A stretch of 64,000 bases of DNA from Octopus vulgaris (Eukaryota). This document shows positions 61,689 through 64,000 of the stretch, in pieces. The stretch's first letter is position 1. The number at the start of each line of letters is the position of its first letter. The notes under the pieces are model-generated. The model was given only the letters and a program-made list of their open reading frames with translations. It searched no databases and had not been told where the DNA came from. The position numbers were made by a program, and so were the translations under genes. The stretch is from the NCBI GenBank assembly GCA_951406725.2, contig OX597815.1, positions 25,420,001-25,484,000 of the forward strand. Reading direction: 5' to 3'.

Positions 61689-63171
61689 TGAAAAAACACA
61701 AATTCTTTTAGTTGTTGGTATTTATTGTTATTGGAACAAAATTTTCTATGAAATACACTCGTATGGTTTGCATTCTGACATCCTCTGGATTTATTAATTA
61801 ACCGACACTTCATTCTTGCTACAAAGATTAATCTACAATTGAATACCTTTCGTTCTTGATTCTACTGAATACCCTAACACCAGACACTATCATTCACTAT
61901 CTCACTACTAAACTTACATTTACGTACCTACCTTCTTAACAAAAGAGGTGTTGCTGCTATACAGGTAAAAAAGAGACAAACATCTGGACCAGGTATGGGC
62001 AATCACTTATGAGAAGCAGATCATATGAGACAAGGATCATCATCAGGTAGGCCACACTACTAAAAAAAATTCAAGGAATTCAGAAAGTCCTGTGAGCCGC
62101 AGGACTTACTAGACCCTAGTGACTACAGTTAAAGTACTCAACTAGTGATCACATAGTTATGTCTTCACTGATGAGTTGTTTGATGAAATATAGAAAGCTA
62201 GAAGTTACGCTTGGACAAGTACTTACTTTAACAATCAGACCTATAAGATAGCATAAGCTAATATACAATACACAGCTAACAAATATTTCTCCTTTTTTTA
62301 ACTGCAGCTACACTTTGTGGCCCTTAGATACATTCTTACTTATTTGAATAAGTATCAACAGTATTTTTACTATATATTTGCCTCTAATTATGCTTCTAAA
62401 TTTTCATCTACTGTTGTTGCTCAAAGGTAACGTTTTTTCGTTTTTCTGCTGTTTTCATCATCATCATCATCATTGTCATCATTTAACATCTGTTTTCCAT
62501 GCTGGCTTCAGTTGGACCGCATTTAATGTCAGTTTTTCATGCTGGCATGGGTCGGTCAGTTTGGCAGGAGCTGACAAACCAGAAGACTGCACCAAGCTCT
62601 CCTGTCAGTTTTGGTGTTGTTGCCACAACCACATGCCTTTCCTAATGCCAACATTATATCATCTTTGCTAGCATGAGTAAGATATATTTTTACCTTGCCA
62701 GTGCCTAGTATTTGTATGTGACTAACATGAAGAATATCTTAGTACTAATCTCCATTCCACTTATCACTTACCTTATAACTAATTTCCGTTCCACTCTAAG
62801 TGTACTTTCACTAATTAAAGTAGCAACTTGTCATCACTGTGTAAACCATTATAATTCATTATGTTAGCATCACACTTCTGTATGTGCAAAAGTAGGTGGT
62901 GATGGTGAAACATATAAAGCCTACTTCTCTTTAATAAAACCAAGTAACTGATTTTAGTTATGAGTTTGTTTTCATTATTCTATTTAGTGAATACTACTTG
63001 ATGATAGGATCAACATAATATCTAATTTAAGAGGAATATTTCTTATAGAGTTTATACTTAGCAAATTCAGCCAGATTTACTACCTTTATATATTGTGTTA
63101 AGCGTGATATAATCATTATTACATGTATTTAATAGTCAAATGGCAGTCTACATAAAAAAATTGTTTTTCAG

Positions 63172-63225
63172 TTGGCACTGCAAGGAAATCGTATTGTTTT
63201 GACAGCAGGAAGAGTATACCAAATG
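63172..63225 (+). CDS. EXD3: EXD3 exon (Mut7-C); gene continues beyond the window
   Basis: tttttcag|LALQGNRIVLTAGRVYQM|gcaagt; A..E/G.RI.LT is a Mut7-C motif; the donor appears to be GC. Confidence 0.82.
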
Positions 63226-64000
63226 GCAAGTTATCAAGTTATTTCCTGTCTGTTTATCTGTCTGTAATTTTCTTTCACTTTATTAAGAATAAAAGCATTT
63301 TCACTTTAACCAATAAGGTTGTCTTATTTGATGGAGAAGTTTACTTTGAAAATGTCTACAAATACTAACCCCTCCCTCCTATTAACACTTGGCTCTGGCT
63401 CTGAGTACAAATGTCTTATTTTCATGAGTTTTGAATTAAAATCTTCCACCAAACCTTAGTCCCAATTTATGTTCCTAGCACTAACTTAATGATAACTAAG
63501 TTATTTTACTAAATTCTTTGTTATATTTAAAGTAATTTAAAGAAACAGAGAGCATCTCAAAATATATACAGTAGCAAAAGGGTTAAATGGGTATGAGATG
63601 TTTTGGCATCGCTGATTCAATGCTGACTTCTTTGACATCAGATGCCTTAATATTTTCCTTTATATATGTGAGGAGAAAGTATTTTTGTCAGTTGTGTTCA
63701 ATCAAACTGTAATTTCTCTCTATCTCTCTGTGTTTATGTATGTGAGCATCTAGTTGTTTATATGTAATGTCTCTCCCCTGCTTTCTTTTTTTCTCATTCT
63801 CTTTATCTGTATGTGTATATTTCTGCACTTGTGTGTTTGTGTATTTGTCTCCAGCACAAAAAAGAACTCTCCAAAAACAGGTTGAATGTCCAGTAAGCCT
63901 GGCCAAATTATCAGCATCTAAACAGATGTGCCCAATTATCTCATTCTACTATTAAATATACTTTTCCTTCTCAACTAGGCTTCTGTTGATTATTTTTTGT

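Overview
AT-rich, repeat-dense animal genomic DNA. The SINE and microsatellite repertoire points to an octopus (coleoid cephalopod); this is inferred, not database-checked. Two spliced + strand host genes can be rebuilt by hand. The first is the last three coding exons of a GH20 beta-hexosaminidase (HEXA/HEXB-like, 2786-7225). The second is 14 coding exons of an EXD3/MUT-7/Nibbler 3'-5' exoribonuclease (31864-63225, running off the window), with intact DEDDy motifs and the start of the Mut7-C domain. Between the genes is an apparently intact, very young CsRn1-clade Ty3/Gypsy retrotransposon (16638-22514, - strand). It has 583-bp LTRs, an AATC TSD, a tRNA-Trp PBS, a CHCC Gag, and a GGGAAAC -1 frameshift with a pseudoknot, and it is nested in a decayed Penelope-like element. 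The rest is SINEs, LINE fragments (CR1/L2, RTE, Tx1), mariner/Tc1 relics, MITEs and a Helitron. The most unusual signals are: minimal hammerhead-ribozyme motifs in Penelope-type terminal repeats, one carrying a compensatory G3-C8 core swap inside a TSD-flanked fold-back insertion in an EXD3 intron; a second fold-back insertion; a TIR element with a ~54-bp target duplication; and a SINE/Tx1-LINE shared 3' tail. All coordinates were counted manually and no searches were run.
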